Program-made: the position numbers and the translations under genes
The notes under the pieces: generated by a model
Database searches by the model: none
The model's input: the letters and a program-made list of their open reading frames with translations, nothing else
What the model was told of the DNA's origin: nothing
In this document: in pieces, positions 62,321 through 64,000 of the stretch
How positions within the stretch are numbered: position 1 is the stretch's first letter
Layout of the letters: every line of letters begins with the position of its first letter
NCBI RefSeq assembly: GCF_006345805.1
Contig: NC_043009.1
Coordinates: forward strand, 69,316,001-69,380,000
Source of the DNA: Octopus sinensis
Taxonomy: Eukaryota
Direction: 5' to 3'
DNA length: 64,000 nucleotides

Positions 62321-63340
62321 TCATGGACGAATACAGAAATGAATAGCTACATCCTGTTGAGAGAATGATTTACCACAGAAATTGCACTGATAGGATTTTT
62401 CTCCTGTATAAATACATTTGTGCGTAGTTAATACCTTTCTGTTAGAGAATGATTTACTACAGATGTCACAACGATAAGGCTTCTCGCCAGTATGAACACG
62501 TTTATGTACAGTTAAAGCAGTACTTTGAGAGAAAGATTTACCACAGACATGACAATGATACGGTTTTTCCCCAGTATGAATACGTGTATGTGCTTTTAAA
62601 TCGCTACTCCGAATGAATGATTTGCCACAGATATCACAGTATGGCTTTTCTCCAGTGTGAATACGTTTGTGATAACGCAAAGAATAGTTTCGAAGGAATG
62701 ATTTACCGCAGATATCACAACTATATCGGCTTTCTCCAATATGAATACGTTTGTGTACAGTCAAGGCATTATTGCCAGGGAATAATTTACGACAGATATT
62801 ACATTTATAAGGTTTCTCTCCTGTATGAATGTATCTGTGTGTAGTTAACTCATCATTACGAGAGAAAGATTTGTCACAGATATCACATTGATAAGGCTTT
62901 TCTCCTGTATGAATACGTATGTGTTTAATTAACTGATTATTTTGATTGAATGATTTACCGCAGATATCACAATGGTATGGTTTTTCTCCTGTATGAATGC
63001 GTTTGTGATCAGTTAAGTTGGTACTTTTAGCAAATGATTTACTACACATATCACACTGATATGGTTTCTCTCCTGTGTGAATACGTTTGTGTGTACTTAA
63101 AATATCATTACGAGTGAATGAGTGACCACAGATATCACACTGATATGGTTTCTCTCCCGTATGAACCCGTACATGAACAGGTAATTCACCTTTTCTAGTA
63201 AACCTTTTACCACAGATATCACAGTGAAATGGTTTCTCTCCTGTATGAATACGGATATGAGCAGTTAAATTACTTCTTGAAGCTAGTGACTTTTTACAGA
63301 CATCACATTCGTAAGAAGACTTTGCTAAGCTTTTTGCCAT
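62321..63340 (-). CDS. Tandem C2H2 zinc-finger protein F (339 aa; 10 canonical fingers + 2 degenerate); exon 1 lies outside the window
   Basis: C2H2 repeats; one linker is a codon short (TGEKPYCDIC); acceptor at 63738. Confidence 0.95.
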   Translation of the reverse strand: MAKSLAKSSYECDVCKKSLASRSNLTAHIRIHTGEKPFHCDICGKRFTRKGELPVHVRVHTGEKPYQCDICGHSFTRNDILSTHKRIHTGEKPYQCDMCSKSFAKSTNLTDHKRIHTGEKPYHCDICGKSFNQNNQLIKHIRIHTGEKPYQCDICDKSFSRNDELTTHRYIHTGEKPYKCNICRKLFPGNNALTVHKRIHIGESRYSCDICGKSFLRNYSLRYHKRIHTGEKPYCDICGKSFIRSSDLKAHTRIHTGEKPYHCHVCGKSFSQSTALTVHKRVHTGEKPYRCDICSKSFSNRKVLTTHKCIYTGEKSYQCNFCGKSFSQQDVAIHFCIRP

Positions 63341-64000
63341 CTTTTTAGAACCAAAAAATAACAGTTAACTCATTGAATAATAATTCTTCCTTCTCTCACC
63401 ACAATATATTATGTTTGCTGTTTTCCTTTCTATAATTTATTTCTAACAAACATTCCTTCTGCTACAAGTCCATCATCTGGATGCAAAGTGCTTCATAAAT
63501 CGATCTTCATATATTTTCAATGCAGAATTGTATTGTACTCATTCCAGGGAATGACACACACAACTGTTGCTAATAATCTTACCCAGGGGAAATCTTTCAA
63601 CCATAATTCATTAAATTTATTTGAAAATGGTCAGATTTGTTCAGTATAACATTTTTAGTCTTTAAAAGATGTTAAATATTGTTGATGCTTCTGTTGTATG
63701 ATAAACAAAAATGTTGATGCCAGTTCCAGCTTTGATTCTGAAATAAGAAGGAAAACAGTATAAGCTTTCAAGGATACATAAACAGCATCAATGTTATTGC
63801 TATACTTATAAATTGTACAAGTGAAACCTTGACTAGAACGAATGAACTCCTCCAGCGTATCTCTATCAGTTTACAAATATAACAGAGCAGAGAAATAAAT
63901 ATATTTTAACAATACATCATATCCTAAAAAGATAACTGCCTGCTTGGCTTCGTGTTGCCTGATGGTTGGAAGCAAGAGTCACAGGATCATGCAACAAGTG

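Overview
AT-rich, repeat-dense eukaryotic genomic DNA. The repeat families and gene type are most consistent with an octopus (coleoid cephalopod), but I inferred this and could not verify it. The window holds six tandem C2H2 zinc-finger-only genes: A 9940-11154, B 17639-18583 and C 27237-28532 on +, and D 43431-44624, E 50998-51866 (3' end lost in a 100-N gap) and F 62321-63340 on -. The two trios point toward each other. The genes share one architecture: a CpG-rich promoter, a short non-coding exon 1, one intron, and an exon 2 with a ~400-nt leader plus the whole ORF (an ~11-aa N-terminus, then 10-15 fingers, no effector domain). F's exon 1 lies outside the window. The cluster grew by tandem duplication of a promoter-gene-downstream unit, and an orphan promoter at ~59.5 kb suggests a lost gene. 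The most notable pattern is near-identical non-coding blocks around the start codon next to finger arrays whose DNA-contacting residues and finger number differ, around a shared 5-finger core. Between the genes lie RTE LINEs with a PHD-like finger inside the RT, RTE-tail and tRNA-derived SINEs, HERO-, L2/Crack- and CR1-like LINE remnants, Tc1/mariner remnants, a Gypsy remnant, a solo LTR, foldback/MITE-like elements, a Penelope-type terminus with a minimal hammerhead-like motif, and a tRNA-Ala pseudogene. All identities are by-eye estimates, and element boundaries are approximate unless a target-site duplication (TSD) is given.
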